A DNA stretch of 64,000 bases from Candidatus Magasanikiibacteriota bacterium (GCA_943355025.1 CALRDW010000002.1:7252-71251), one strand, 5' to 3'. Positions 18,828-28,973 are shown, counted from the stretch's first letter. Program-made: numbers and translations. The notes: generated by a model not told the origin, from the sequence alone.

Positions 18828-19811
18828 ATGTCATACGAATGTTTCAGCCAAAAAGTAGTTTTAGTTACTGGTGCCACAGGATCTTTTGGGCGTAAATTTA
18901 TTACAACACTGCTTGCAGAAAGTTGTGCAAAAAAAGTAATTGTTTTTAGTCGGGATGAATTGAAGCAATCGCACATGCAGGTTGAAATTTCTGATCCAGA
19001 AAATCGCCTTCGTTTTTTTATCGGAGATGTGCGTGATCTCGATCGTTTGCGCCGTGCATTTCATGGTGTCGATATTGTTGTTCATGCGGCAGCACTGAAA
19101 CAAGTGCCAGCACTCGAATACAATCCGTATGAGGCTGTTAAGACTAATGTGCTGGGTTCACAGAACGTAATTGATGCCGCAATTGATTGTGGCGTTAAAC
19201 AGGTGGTTCTTATTTCAACAGACAAGGCAGCTAATCCAGTTAATTTGTATGGGGCCACAAAGATGACTGCTGAGCGATTGTTCATTCAAGGCAATGTGTA
19301 CAGCGGAGGGACTACAAAGTTCGCTGTTGTACGATACGGAAATGTTGTTGGAAGTCGCGGAAGCATCGTTGATATTTTAAAAAACAGAAAAGAAGGAGGT
19401 TCTGTTAGAATCACTGATGAGGCGATGACTCGGTTTTGGATCACACTTGATCAAGGCGTGGCAATCGTTGTTCATGCAATCGAAACCATGCGTGGTGGCG
19501 AAATTTTCATTCCAAAAATTCCGAGCATGCGAGTTGTTGATTTGATGGAAGCGATTGCGCCAGGCTGCCAGCGAGAAATAATCGGCATTCGTCCGGGTGA
19601 AAAAATCAACGAAGTTTTGATTACAGAAGAGGAATCACGCACTGGCAGAGAATTTGATGGCCACTTTGTAATTATTTCAGGTATTGAAATTGGAAATTCG
19701 CCGTGGTTGGAAGGATCGCCGCTGCCCGCTGATTTTCGTTATGCAAGTCACACTAATACGCACTGGCTCTCAGTTGAGGATATTAAGAAGATTGTTTATC
19801 CCGAGAAGTGA
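18828..19811 (+). CDS. UDP-N-acetylglucosamine 4,6-dehydratase (inverting), PseB/FlaA1/CapD-like
   Basis: VLVTGATGSFGRKFI N-terminus. ~330 aa. YGATKMTAERL is the SDR YxxxK. Confidence 0.75.
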   Translation: MSYECFSQKVVLVTGATGSFGRKFITTLLAESCAKKVIVFSRDELKQSHMQVEISDPENRLRFFIGDVRDLDRLRRAFHGVDIVVHAAALKQVPALEYNPYEAVKTNVLGSQNVIDAAIDCGVKQVVLISTDKAANPVNLYGATKMTAERLFIQGNVYSGGTTKFAVVRYGNVVGSRGSIVDILKNRKEGGSVRITDEAMTRFWITLDQGVAIVVHAIETMRGGEIFIPKIPSMRVVDLMEAIAPGCQREIIGIRPGEKINEVLITEEESRTGREFDGHFVIISGIEIGNSPWLEGSPLPADFRYASHTNTHWLSVEDIKKIVYPEK

Positions 19812-21303
19812 TCTCGGTGTATTTTTCCATGAGATAGTCGGTATAGGGCATTATTTTTTTGACTATCGTTGCGAAGTCTGATTCGTTATCGCTCCACAAT
19901 TTTATTATATCGACCGGGGTGGATTCTTTTAGGAGCGCGGATATAAAATTAACAATCTCTTGTTCATTATAAGAATGCCGTTCCAATTTCTCCTTAATTA
20001 TAGTTGGAAGCTCATATAAATTTGTACACCGTGTCGCGCCAGACAAAATATTGTAGAATACGCTGCCAAATGTGACGACTGGCTTTTTGAACAGAAGCGC
20101 CTCCCATCCTGCAGAACCTGTAATCGTGGTAATAATCTTTGCTTTTTCAATGATCGCAAAACTTTTAAATTCTGGACGGATAAGTTTAACGTTCGGCATT
20201 TTTTTTATTTTTTTGTAGAAAGAGCGTGGACGATAACCCATCATTGCGGGGTGCTCTTTGACATAGAGCTTATAATTAAATGGCAACGATTGAGCGATTT
20301 GAAGGATAAGCGCAGCTTGGTCTGTATTATATGGTGCGAGTAAAAGAGTCGCTATTTCTGGATCGTAATGAAGTGGGTAAAAAGCAAATGGTTCATTCCA
20401 TTTTGGTTCGTCATATAAATCTTCGAAACCACGCATGACGCGACACTTGCGTTTAATTCTGTCGATCAAAAACCAGAACGGATTTTCATCCATGTAGGTT
20501 CTTTTGGTGCTTCTGATGTACCGTATTACTATGGTTACAAACCATCGAATCGAACGAATTAATTTTGATGGCAGTAAAAAACTCATTTGGCGCCGACGAT
20601 TTATCGGCTGCATATCAGGGCTGCAATTATCAAGTGGTGGTGTAGGCGCATCTTGAAATTCTTTTAATTTTTTTCTTCCCGCGTTTTCAAAATCATTTTT
20701 TTCAACCCCATTATTTATTTTTAAAAAGTATTCCTCAGCAAATGTAAGATGCTTGTAGTCTTCAGTTAATGAATAAAAACCATTGAGGCGTGTTTCATTC
20801 TGAACCAGTGTCGGGATGCCCATTTTTTTAGCGATTTGATATAGAAGATAACTGTAGTGGCCGCCAATGACAAAAATAAAAACAAAATCGGGCCTTTCTT
20901 TTTTGAGCATTTCAATAATGGCGCGCGCCTTAATCTGAAGAATGCGTTTTAAATCGTCATGATCATACATTGGTTCTGAATAAGGATATTCACGAACCAG
21001 CTGGCTCTGCATAAGAACACGGTCCAATGTCATGAGCGGCCACAAAGAGGGGATACCGTACTCTCTCTCGAGTGAATTAATAAATTCAGTATCAATCTCT
21101 TCCGTTCGATACTTTTCGTGTAGGTCAACGTCTACAAGCAGTGTTGAGTATAAGATTTCCGATTGATTTTTTAGAAAACTAAGAGCCGCGTGCGTGTCTG
21201 TGTAGCCGCAGAATTCCGTAACACCATATTTATCTCTAAGGCCAATTGCCATGGCATGTCCAAGCATCGAATAGTTTCGGTGTAAAAGAAAGCATGCTTT
21301 CAT
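19783..21303 (-). CDS. hypothetical protein, possibly a TagF/KpsS-like GT-B transferase
   Basis: 506 aa. LYVKEHPAMMG resembles the K-x-HP motif of CDP-glycerol glycerophosphotransferases and capsule KpsS/KpsC proteins. TITGSAGWEALLFKKPVV looks like a GT-B donor-binding end. Assignment is tentative. Confidence 0.4.
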   Translation of the reverse strand: MKACFLLHRNYSMLGHAMAIGLRDKYGVTEFCGYTDTHAALSFLKNQSEILYSTLLVDVDLHEKYRTEEIDTEFINSLEREYGIPSLWPLMTLDRVLMQSQLVREYPYSEPMYDHDDLKRILQIKARAIIEMLKKERPDFVFIFVIGGHYSYLLYQIAKKMGIPTLVQNETRLNGFYSLTEDYKHLTFAEEYFLKINNGVEKNDFENAGRKKLKEFQDAPTPPLDNCSPDMQPINRRRQMSFLLPSKLIRSIRWFVTIVIRYIRSTKRTYMDENPFWFLIDRIKRKCRVMRGFEDLYDEPKWNEPFAFYPLHYDPEIATLLLAPYNTDQAALILQIAQSLPFNYKLYVKEHPAMMGYRPRSFYKKIKKMPNVKLIRPEFKSFAIIEKAKIITTITGSAGWEALLFKKPVVTFGSVFYNILSGATRCTNLYELPTIIKEKLERHSYNEQEIVNFISALLKESTPVDIIKLWSDNESDFATIVKKIMPYTDYLMEKYTEITSRDKQSS

Positions 21304-21456
21304 ATATTAGGTCGTTTAGCTGAAGAGCCCAGGCTCATTAGGTTTAAGATAATGTCTATCATAACGCTTCTCACTGCAAATTTCAAGAGTTTGGGGCCCT
21401 AGACATTTGACAGCAGAGCCGTCTCAAATTACTATAGAGCAGTATTTTATTAGATT

Positions 21457-22671
21457 ATGATTGCGGTTGTTTGTCGACTCTGTGGTTCAACAAAGCTCGA
21501 AACAGTTATTGACCTTGGATTTCATCCCATCGCTGATACTTTTTTGCTTGCAGAGCATTTGAATCAGCCGGAACTTACCTATCCGCTTCGTGCGGCACTG
21601 TGTGCGGAGTGTGGGTATGTTGGTCTTGAATATCTGGTGCCTGCAGAAACACGGTATCAGGGAATTGATTATAGTTACACCTCCGCGAACTCCGCGGTTT
21701 CAATACGCCATTTTGCAGAAGTAGCCCAGGAGGTGTGTGAATTTGCAGATGTAACATCAGACGATTTGGTAATTGACGCGGGCAGTAATGACGGCACGCT
21801 TTTGAAAGCGTTTCATGAAAAGAGCGGATGTTCAATTTTAGGAATTGATCCTGCGCCGAACATTGCTGAGCTCGCGATTGCCGATGGTGTTCCAACGATA
21901 GTTGATTTTTTTTGCGCAGCTATTGTTCCTGAGGTGTTGAAGCTCAAAAAACCAAAAGTTATTTTTAGCGCGAACGCATTAAATCATGCGTCTGATCCTC
22001 GAGGTTTTTTGGAGCCACTCAAAAGTTTAATGAACCAGGATAGTATTTTTGTTTTTGAGGTTCCGTACCTTTTAAATTTCGTAGAGAAGACCGCATTTGA
22101 TACCATGTATCTCGAACATGTTTCGTATTATGGAGTTAAGCCGTTAAAAAAACTCCTTGAATCTTTCGGACTGACCATCGTTCGTATCGAATGGACTGAT
22201 TATATGCTCGGTTCAATTCGAGTTTATGCGGGAAACGGTGCGGAAGATTCGCGTGTGTCAGAAATGATATCTGTTGAAGAGGTTGCGGGTTTGTACAGCG
22301 CTCAGGCGTATAGTGAATTCATGCAGCGCGTGCATCATGTGCGCCTGAGCTTGTGCAAGAAATTATATGACGCAAAAGCACAGGGCAAGCGCATCGCTGC
22401 TATTGGCGCCGCAACAAAAGGAAATACCTTACTTAATTTTTGCAAACTTGATTCGGCTGTAATTGATTTTATTACAGATGTTTCGCCGCTCAAGCTTGGA
22501 AAATTTACACCAGGGTCGCACATCTTTATCAAATCTGATGATGCCCTGGATGATAAAATTGATGTAGCTCTAATCTTGCCGCGCAATCTTGCTGGCGCAC
22601 TGAATAAAAAATTACAGCATCTCGAGTGTATATTTGTTGTATCGCACGAAGGAATTGACTCAAGTCTATGA
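21457..22671 (+). CDS. zinc-ribbon + class I SAM methyltransferase + C-terminal C-methyltransferase domain protein (NDP-hexose C-methyltransferase-like)
   Basis: N-terminal CxxC...CxxC (CRLCGS...CAECG). Motif I VIDAGSNDG. ~400 aa architecture as in TylCIII-type sugar C-methyltransferases. Confidence 0.55.
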   Translation: MIAVVCRLCGSTKLETVIDLGFHPIADTFLLAEHLNQPELTYPLRAALCAECGYVGLEYLVPAETRYQGIDYSYTSANSAVSIRHFAEVAQEVCEFADVTSDDLVIDAGSNDGTLLKAFHEKSGCSILGIDPAPNIAELAIADGVPTIVDFFCAAIVPEVLKLKKPKVIFSANALNHASDPRGFLEPLKSLMNQDSIFVFEVPYLLNFVEKTAFDTMYLEHVSYYGVKPLKKLLESFGLTIVRIEWTDYMLGSIRVYAGNGAEDSRVSEMISVEEVAGLYSAQAYSEFMQRVHHVRLSLCKKLYDAKAQGKRIAAIGAATKGNTLLNFCKLDSAVIDFITDVSPLKLGKFTPGSHIFIKSDDALDDKIDVALILPRNLAGALNKKLQHLECIFVVSHEGIDSSL

Positions 22672-23057
22672 TAAAACAAAAAAAAACAAAAACCCGAGCA
22701 AATTTTACAGATGTGCGTGGAGAAATTCGCGACTTGGTTGTTGGCGAGAAGATTGATACGGTTACACTTATTACTTCAAAAAAAGGAGCTATTCGTGCTA
22801 ACCATTATCATAAGAAGACATCGCAGTTTGACTACATTATCAGCGGGCTCATTGAATGCCGCACCAAGCTCATGCCAAAAGGGCGTGTTGTAAAACATAT
22901 TTTGAAGGCCGGAGATTTATTATACCATCCCGCGAATGAAGCGCATGCGTTATTGGCACTGGAAGATTCAGTATTTTTATCGATTACCTGTGGACCACGA
23001 CGCGGCGGAAAATATGAAAGTGATACCTATCGACTCGAAAAACCTTTAATTGTTTAG
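22668..23057 (+). CDS. cupin-fold sugar ketoisomerase/epimerase-like protein (WxcM/FdtA-like)
   Basis: 129 aa with ANHYHKKTSQFDYIISG, a cupin His pair. Typical size and position next to a DegT aminotransferase. Confidence 0.5.
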   Translation: MIKQKKTKTRANFTDVRGEIRDLVVGEKIDTVTLITSKKGAIRANHYHKKTSQFDYIISGLIECRTKLMPKGRVVKHILKAGDLLYHPANEAHALLALEDSVFLSITCGPRRGGKYESDTYRLEKPLIV

Positions 23058-24186
23058 AACTATGTTTGTGCCTGTATCAAAACCACTGATTGGTGAAATT
23101 GAAGAGCAGTATGTTGGGGATGCAATTCGTCGAAAGGAAATTTCTGGTCTTGTTGGGACATATTTAAAAGAGTTTGAAAGTGGGTTTGCAAAGTTTTGCA
23201 AAGTAAAACATGCGGCAACGCTCAATAGTGGTACAACAGCGATTCATCTTGCTGTTGCTGCACTTGGCATCGGCGCGGGAGATGAGGTGCTTGTGTCGAC
23301 ATTGACGAACATGGCAACATTTTTTGCGGTGCTCTATCAGGGTGCGGTGCCAGTCCCCGTTGATTCTGAACCTGAGACACTTAATATTGATCCGGCCTTG
23401 ATTGAAGCAAAGATAACGTCGAAAACAAAAGCGATTATCGTTGTACATTTATACGGCCATCCTGCGGATATGGATCCGATCATGGAAATTGCGCGTCGAC
23501 ACAAGTTATTTGTGATTGAAGATGCGGCAGAGGCTCACGGCGCGCGCTATAAAGATAGGATGGTGGGTTCAATCGGAGACATTGGATGTTTCAGTTTTTA
23601 TTCGAATAAAATTATCACAACAGGTGAGGGTGGAATGGTGACAACAAATAGTGATGAATTAGACGAGCGGATGAGATCCATAAAAAATTTGGCGTTTGGA
23701 ACAGACAACAAGTTCATGCATGTTGCGGTTGGTTTCAAATATCAAATGACGAATTTGCAAGCAGCTCTTGGTGCTGCGCAGCTAACGCGGATCGAGGATA
23801 TTATCAGTCGTAAGCGCTCGCTTGCGAGTTTTTATACCGAAGCATTTTCGCAGGAAAAAGATATTCAAACGCCAGTCGAAAAACCTTATGCATTTAATGT
23901 GTATTGGATGTACAACATTGTTCTGCGTGGGGCGCTCGAAGGAAAGCGCGCTGCATTTATGGAAGAGTTGAAAAAAAGAGGCGTTGAATCGCGCGAGGAT
24001 TTTGTCCCATTCAATCAGCAAAAGATTTTTATTGATCAGGGAATTGTTGATCCAGAAAGCTGTCCTGTTGCAAACCGAATAGGTGCGAATGGATTGTATC
24101 TTCCAAGCGGAAATGATATTTCGGAGGAAGAGCTTGAGTATGTTGCGAAAAACGTTGTTGAAGTTGCACATTTGTTGAAAGGCTAA
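23050..24186 (+). CDS. DegT/DnrJ/EryC1/StrS family PLP-dependent sugar aminotransferase (second copy)
   Basis: PLIGEIEEQYVGDAIRR...GTYLKEFESGFAKFCKV...LNSGTTAIHLAV and FSFYSNKIITTGEGGMV. Confidence 0.85.
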   Translation: MFRTMFVPVSKPLIGEIEEQYVGDAIRRKEISGLVGTYLKEFESGFAKFCKVKHAATLNSGTTAIHLAVAALGIGAGDEVLVSTLTNMATFFAVLYQGAVPVPVDSEPETLNIDPALIEAKITSKTKAIIVVHLYGHPADMDPIMEIARRHKLFVIEDAAEAHGARYKDRMVGSIGDIGCFSFYSNKIITTGEGGMVTTNSDELDERMRSIKNLAFGTDNKFMHVAVGFKYQMTNLQAALGAAQLTRIEDIISRKRSLASFYTEAFSQEKDIQTPVEKPYAFNVYWMYNIVLRGALEGKRAAFMEELKKRGVESREDFVPFNQQKIFIDQGIVDPESCPVANRIGANGLYLPSGNDISEEELEYVAKNVVEVAHLLKG

Positions 24187-24197
24187 TTCTCATTCGT

Positions 24198-24971
24198 ATG
24201 AGCACATTTCAAGTTGACTATTCTCGGATGTATGATGCGCTCTACGCAAAAAAAGATTATCCGCGCGAAGCTACGGCTGTCCATGAGCTACTGCAGAAGT
24301 TTTGTAGCACTGCGCCACAGCGGCTTCTCAGCATTGGTGCAGGTACACTAGGTCATGAGCAATTGCTTTTGCCTCACGGATATAATATTACATGCATTGA
24401 TAGTTCATCAGAGATGGTTCGCATCGCGCAGCAAAAAATTTCTCAGCAGGAATTAAAAAATATTACCATTGCTGAAGGAGACATGGAAGATCTTCAGTTT
24501 GTCGGCGCGGAATTTGATGCAGCGGTATCGCTCTTCAATGTTATTTCTTATTGTTCGAATGATGAAGCTCTTGAAAAAGTTTTTTCCGGCGTCGCTTCCG
24601 CACTGAAGCCGAACGGAATATTTATTTTTGATTGTTGGAATGGAGAGTCGGTACGTAAAGACCCGCCACATGACAAATTTGCAAAATTTATTGATGGCGA
24701 TTCTAAACTTTATCGGTATACACGAGCAATTCCTGAGATAGAAAAAGGTGTTGTTACAATCCAGTTTGATGTTTTACATACACAGGGCAGTGCGATTATT
24801 AGTGAAACGCAGGAGACACATGCCGTTCATTTTTGGGACGCAGCACAGTTGAAAATTTTACTCGCGCATCATGGGTTTGAGATTGTGCACGTCAGTAATT
24901 TTCCGGACATTGGCAATATGAATATCGATAATTCTTGGACGATGTGCGTAGTTGCACGTAAATTAAGTTAA
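24198..24971 (+). CDS. class I SAM-dependent methyltransferase
   Basis: Motif I LLSIGAGTLGHE and the post-I acidic residue. 257 aa. Confidence 0.7.
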   Translation: MSTFQVDYSRMYDALYAKKDYPREATAVHELLQKFCSTAPQRLLSIGAGTLGHEQLLLPHGYNITCIDSSSEMVRIAQQKISQQELKNITIAEGDMEDLQFVGAEFDAAVSLFNVISYCSNDEALEKVFSGVASALKPNGIFIFDCWNGESVRKDPPHDKFAKFIDGDSKLYRYTRAIPEIEKGVVTIQFDVLHTQGSAIISETQETHAVHFWDAAQLKILLAHHGFEIVHVSNFPDIGNMNIDNSWTMCVVARKLS

Positions 24972-24972
24972 T

Positions 24973-26271
24973 ATGAGTGAACGCATTCTTGTTGTTGGGA
25001 CCGTTGGAGTATCGTTGCCGCCGCCATACGCGGGTATTCCAAAATTAACACTGCTTGTTGCACGTCTATGGCGCGAAAAAGGAGCTGCTGTTGCGGTTTC
25101 GTTTGTTGAGAAACGAACGCCCGCGGACGATCTTGGGGCAGGTGCGGAGTATTTTTTTGAATTCTCATCGGAGAATCCAACAAAGTTTGATAAGTTGGTT
25201 TTTTTATTTAAATATTTTTTCTGCAACCCAATTCTTTATTTTAAATTATTTTTTTTGTATCACCATGCGGACCCGGTAATTACAAGAGAGGTGTTTTTAT
25301 ATTCGGCATATGGAGTTTTTGTCGATCAGATTGTTCAGAATTTTAAACCAACGGTAATTGTTTGCGAAGCCGCACTTATTAAAGGGTTCATGGCAATGCA
25401 GGTTGGAAATTTACGTGGCACCCCTGTTGTAATTGATACATATGCGGAAGTCCATGACGACTCCATGTGGGTAAATAAACGAATGAGCGAATCGGAACGC
25501 GAAATTTTTTGGAAATATTTTTTAAATCGTGCTGCACTTATTATTGCACCAAGTTATTATTGCGCAAAAGGGCCGTTAAAATATCTTGCCAAAGAAAATG
25601 TTAAGGTTGTGTATCCAGGAATAGATATCGCACTCTCTAATTCACAAGAAATTGGAGCGCAAAAAAGCGCTCGTGAATATTTTAAGCTGCCGCAGGAGCC
25701 ATTTTTTGTTACAGCTGTTGGTGCATTCTCATTGCGAAAAGGGCACGATCATTTGATACGCGCTGTTGCAGAGGCGCGTCGCGCAGGCCACGCGATTTCA
25801 TTGACACTGTGTGGACCAGGACCACAAGAGCAGTGGCGGGAGCTTGCTCGAACGGAAAATATTTCAGAACATGTTTATTTTTTCACAGCCTTATCTGAAC
25901 TCGAGTTGTATCGACTCTACCGTGCGTGTGATATATATTGTGATGCGTCAAACACACCGCGAGCGTGTCTGGGCATGTCACTTACGGAAGCGGCGCTCAT
26001 GGAGTTGCCTGTTGTTGCATATGATGCAGGAGGTCTTCCCGAAGTTGTTCGTGAAGGAGAGACGGGTTTTCTGGTTCCGCTTAACGATGTCTCTGCCTTG
26101 TCGCGAGCATTGATCCGCGCCTCAGAAATGCCACGCGAAGACCTCCATCAGTTCGGCGTCCGCGGTAGGGAATGGATGCTTGGATTGGTTGACATTGAAT
26201 TGATGGCAATAAATAAATTATCTATACTCACCGAAGTCAGCAAAAGCTTCGTGAAGACATCTGAAAAATAA
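24973..26271 (+). CDS. glycosyltransferase family 4
   Basis: EAALMELPVVAYDAGGLPEVVREGETGFLV is the canonical GT4 E-x7-E region. Confidence 0.8.
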   Translation: MSERILVVGTVGVSLPPPYAGIPKLTLLVARLWREKGAAVAVSFVEKRTPADDLGAGAEYFFEFSSENPTKFDKLVFLFKYFFCNPILYFKLFFLYHHADPVITREVFLYSAYGVFVDQIVQNFKPTVIVCEAALIKGFMAMQVGNLRGTPVVIDTYAEVHDDSMWVNKRMSESEREIFWKYFLNRAALIIAPSYYCAKGPLKYLAKENVKVVYPGIDIALSNSQEIGAQKSAREYFKLPQEPFFVTAVGAFSLRKGHDHLIRAVAEARRAGHAISLTLCGPGPQEQWRELARTENISEHVYFFTALSELELYRLYRACDIYCDASNTPRACLGMSLTEAALMELPVVAYDAGGLPEVVREGETGFLVPLNDVSALSRALIRASEMPREDLHQFGVRGREWMLGLVDIELMAINKLSILTEVSKSFVKTSEK

Positions 26272-26341
26272 TAAGACAGGCTTAACTTGTATTATTATTT
26301 GAGATACGATAAGCTCTAAGGGAATTTTTAGTCTCACAAGT

Positions 26342-27166
26342 ATGAAAATTGGAATTATCGGTGTCGGTGTTGTCGGTGGCGCAGTAAAACATGGTTTTGA
26401 GCGTCTTGGCCACCACGTTATTGGGCACGACATTAAAATTCAAGATTCAAAAATAGAGCACGTTATCCCTACCGATATTTCGTTTATTTGTGTACCAACA
26501 CCGCAGACGGCGAGTGGTGCTTGTGATGTATCGTATGTTGTCGGGGTTATTCGTGAGCTTGAAGAACAAAATTATACCGGTGTCGTTGTTATCAAATCAA
26601 CGGTAACGCCAGGAACAACGGAGCGCCTTTCAAAGATGACAAAACTACGACTCGCTTTTTGTCCAGAATTTCTGCGCGAGCGAGCAGCAATTACTGATTT
26701 TGCAGAAAATCACGACGTGTGTGTTATCGGGACAGAAGATGAGGAAATTTATAAAATGGTTGTAGAAGCGCACGGGCGTTATCCAAAAAAATTTGTTCGG
26801 TTGACGCCGACTGAAGCGGAATTTACAAAATATTTTTCAAATGTATTCAACGCGCTTCGTATTACATTCGCGAATGAGTTTTTTGAAGTATGTCGCACTG
26901 CGGGTGTTAATTATAATAATATAAAAACAGCAATGGTAAATCGTGACACGATCATGGATGTATATTTGGACTGCAATGAAAACCTTCGAGGTTTCGGCGG
27001 CGTTTGTTTGCCAAAGGACACAAGTGCTTTTGCACACTATGTTGAATCACTCGGGCTCGATCTCAAATTGTTTCAGCTCATCGTTGAAGAAAATAAAAAG
27101 TTTAAAAGGACTGTTTTAGATGGGATGCGTGATTTTGATCCGACAACCGACGCGAACCCGCTATAA
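26342..27166 (+). CDS. UDP-glucose/GDP-mannose 6-dehydrogenase-family protein lacking the C-terminal nucleotide-sugar-binding domain
   Basis: MKIGIIGVGVVGGAV Rossmann N-terminus. CPEFLRERAAITDF matches the NPEFLREG motif. The catalytic Cys is present in GGVCLPKD. The ORF ends ~45 aa later at 274 aa, whereas family members are 390-440 aa. Confidence 0.65.
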   Translation: MKIGIIGVGVVGGAVKHGFERLGHHVIGHDIKIQDSKIEHVIPTDISFICVPTPQTASGACDVSYVVGVIRELEEQNYTGVVVIKSTVTPGTTERLSKMTKLRLAFCPEFLRERAAITDFAENHDVCVIGTEDEEIYKMVVEAHGRYPKKFVRLTPTEAEFTKYFSNVFNALRITFANEFFEVCRTAGVNYNNIKTAMVNRDTIMDVYLDCNENLRGFGGVCLPKDTSAFAHYVESLGLDLKLFQLIVEENKKFKRTVLDGMRDFDPTTDANPL

Positions 27167-28162
27167 TTTACGCGGGTGTGCGATGTACCAATCGTAGGTT
27201 TTTTTAAGCCCATCTTTAAGAGATGTTCGAGGCTCCCATCCGACGAGTGATTTGATTTTTGAAATATCCGCACAGCGGCGCATTACGCTTCCTGCAGGTG
27301 ATTCCTTGATTTCAATATTGGTCGGGCGCCATCCGCCAATTTCGAATAGAAGATCTGCCAAGCCTCCCATCGTAATTTCGTCTGACGCTCCAATGTGGAC
27401 TGTTTCGACAGGGTGTCCATCGGTTTTTGAACTTCGCATTAATTCTGACATTGCTTCAACCGCATCAGTAATGTAGCAAAATGTGCGCGTCTCTTCTACA
27501 CCAAAGATAGGAAACGGATCTGTATGCGCGGCAATGCGACCTGACATTTCCGGTATCACATGGTCATAGCCTGCACGCGGTCCATAAAAATTATGTGGCC
27601 GAACAATGAGCGCACGAAAATTATATTGAGCCGCATAATGAATGACGAAACATTCACCGATTAATTTTGTTGCTGCATATGTCCACCGCGGATTGTAGGG
27701 ATCTTCAATAACAAGTGGCACAGCTTCTGGCGTTGGAATCGGAAGCTGATTAAATGCGCTGAGGCCACCAGCATATGCCTCGTTTGACGAGGTAAAACAA
27801 AATTTGCCGGCTGCATTTTTTGTGCGGTGCCAATCGAGCATGTTCATCAAACTTTGCATGTTGATACGGAGCACTTCGTGTGGCATTGTATAAAATAATT
27901 TTGTTCCGTTTACTGCTGCAAGGTGGTACACATGTTCATAGTCAGAATCGAGTTGCGTATAAAAAGAATTGTCCGTCAAGTCGCCGCGCAAAAGAGTGAC
28001 GCGCGGGTTTGACGAAATTTCAGCAAAATCAGAATCATCTTTTCCGCGTGAAAAATTATCAACAATCGTTATGGCAGTCTCCGGCTCGGTTGCTAAAAGA
28101 TGGCGTGTTAGGTGTAAGCCAATAAAACCAGAGCCACCAGTGATCAAGACTTTTTTAGTCAT
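27161..28162 (-). CDS. NAD-dependent epimerase/dehydratase (extended SDR; UDP-glucuronate decarboxylase/dTDP-glucose dehydratase-like)
   Basis: KVLITGGSGFIGLHLTRHLL N-terminus. YAATK catalytic YxxxK. 333 aa. Confidence 0.8.
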   Translation of the reverse strand: MTKKVLITGGSGFIGLHLTRHLLATEPETAITIVDNFSRGKDDSDFAEISSNPRVTLLRGDLTDNSFYTQLDSDYEHVYHLAAVNGTKLFYTMPHEVLRINMQSLMNMLDWHRTKNAAGKFCFTSSNEAYAGGLSAFNQLPIPTPEAVPLVIEDPYNPRWTYAATKLIGECFVIHYAAQYNFRALIVRPHNFYGPRAGYDHVIPEMSGRIAAHTDPFPIFGVEETRTFCYITDAVEAMSELMRSSKTDGHPVETVHIGASDEITMGGLADLLFEIGGWRPTNIEIKESPAGSVMRRCADISKIKSLVGWEPRTSLKDGLKKTYDWYIAHPRKL

Positions 28163-28295
28163 AGGATTATTTAATATTTGCAGTTTAACTCAATTGATTG
28201 ACCTTGACTAGGTGCCTTATTTATCGTATTGTCTCTTCGAACCTTTGCACTGTGCACAGGGGTCCTGCGTGGAAACACACATAAATAGGCTAAAA

Positions 28296-28973
28296 ATGGA
28301 AGTCAAGATTGGAGCGCGGTTGCGTCGAAGCAAGCGGCTGGGCGGTGTTCAGCACGTCGTCTTTACCGAAAACGGTGTGGATAAACCTGACAAAGTCGCA
28401 TTTTCTGGGGAAACAGTGCGCAGTATCTTTGATGATTACTGCGAAAGGTTGCTGCGCGACAAGGTAATGTTACCTAGTGCCGCACCCTTGGTAGAGCGTC
28501 TTGAAGCTTTGTTGGAGGCGGCGGCTGACTACCGAGCCATGATTGAGCTCCGAACAGTGATCGACAAGTGGGTTTCGGATGGTTCGCTTGCGGACGCCGG
28601 AATGCTCGATGAGATGTTTACGGCCTACGCTGCGGCGCATCCGGACAAAGTGTTCGACATCGGCGAAGATTTGCCAGAAGAAGTGCCGAAAATCATTTCG
28701 ACGCACGGACCACTGCAGCAAGCGGGTTTGCGACGCATGGGGTCCTCACCGGGCTCAACCGAGGTTGGCGGGGCCGTTGACGCAGCGGCTCTCGCAGCCC
28801 TCGCAGTTCTTCCTCCACGCGGGGATCGGTCTGCCGCGCGCACGTCCCAGGTTGTGCGTGGAATTCCAAGCGCGGATGATGGGAATGAGGATTTGCATGA
28901 GCTTGGGGAAGAGGATATCAAGGAACTTGGAAAGAACCCTAGCATTGGTGTGGGTTCTGGTGGCGAGCAATAG
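28296..28973 (+). CDS. hypothetical protein in GC-rich island 2 (tandem paralog of 29149..29562)
   Basis: ORF with ~57% GC in a ~40% GC background. N-terminal ~100 aa align with the next ORF (RLRRSKRL..VQHVVFTENG ~ QLRKTPRL..MPYVVFYENG). Ala/Gly-rich acidic C-terminus. Confidence 0.4.
   Translation: MEVKIGARLRRSKRLGGVQHVVFTENGVDKPDKVAFSGETVRSIFDDYCERLLRDKVMLPSAAPLVERLEALLEAAADYRAMIELRTVIDKWVSDGSLADAGMLDEMFTAYAAAHPDKVFDIGEDLPEEVPKIISTHGPLQQAGLRRMGSSPGSTEVGGAVDAAALAALAVLPPRGDRSAARTSQVVRGIPSADDGNEDLHELGEEDIKELGKNPSIGVGSGGEQ

Noticed and set aside
24963-25226. 87-aa and 71-aa minus-strand ORFs at the start of GT4 gene 24973..26271
   Set aside because: Antisense to a well-supported glycosyltransferase N-terminus, with no independent support.
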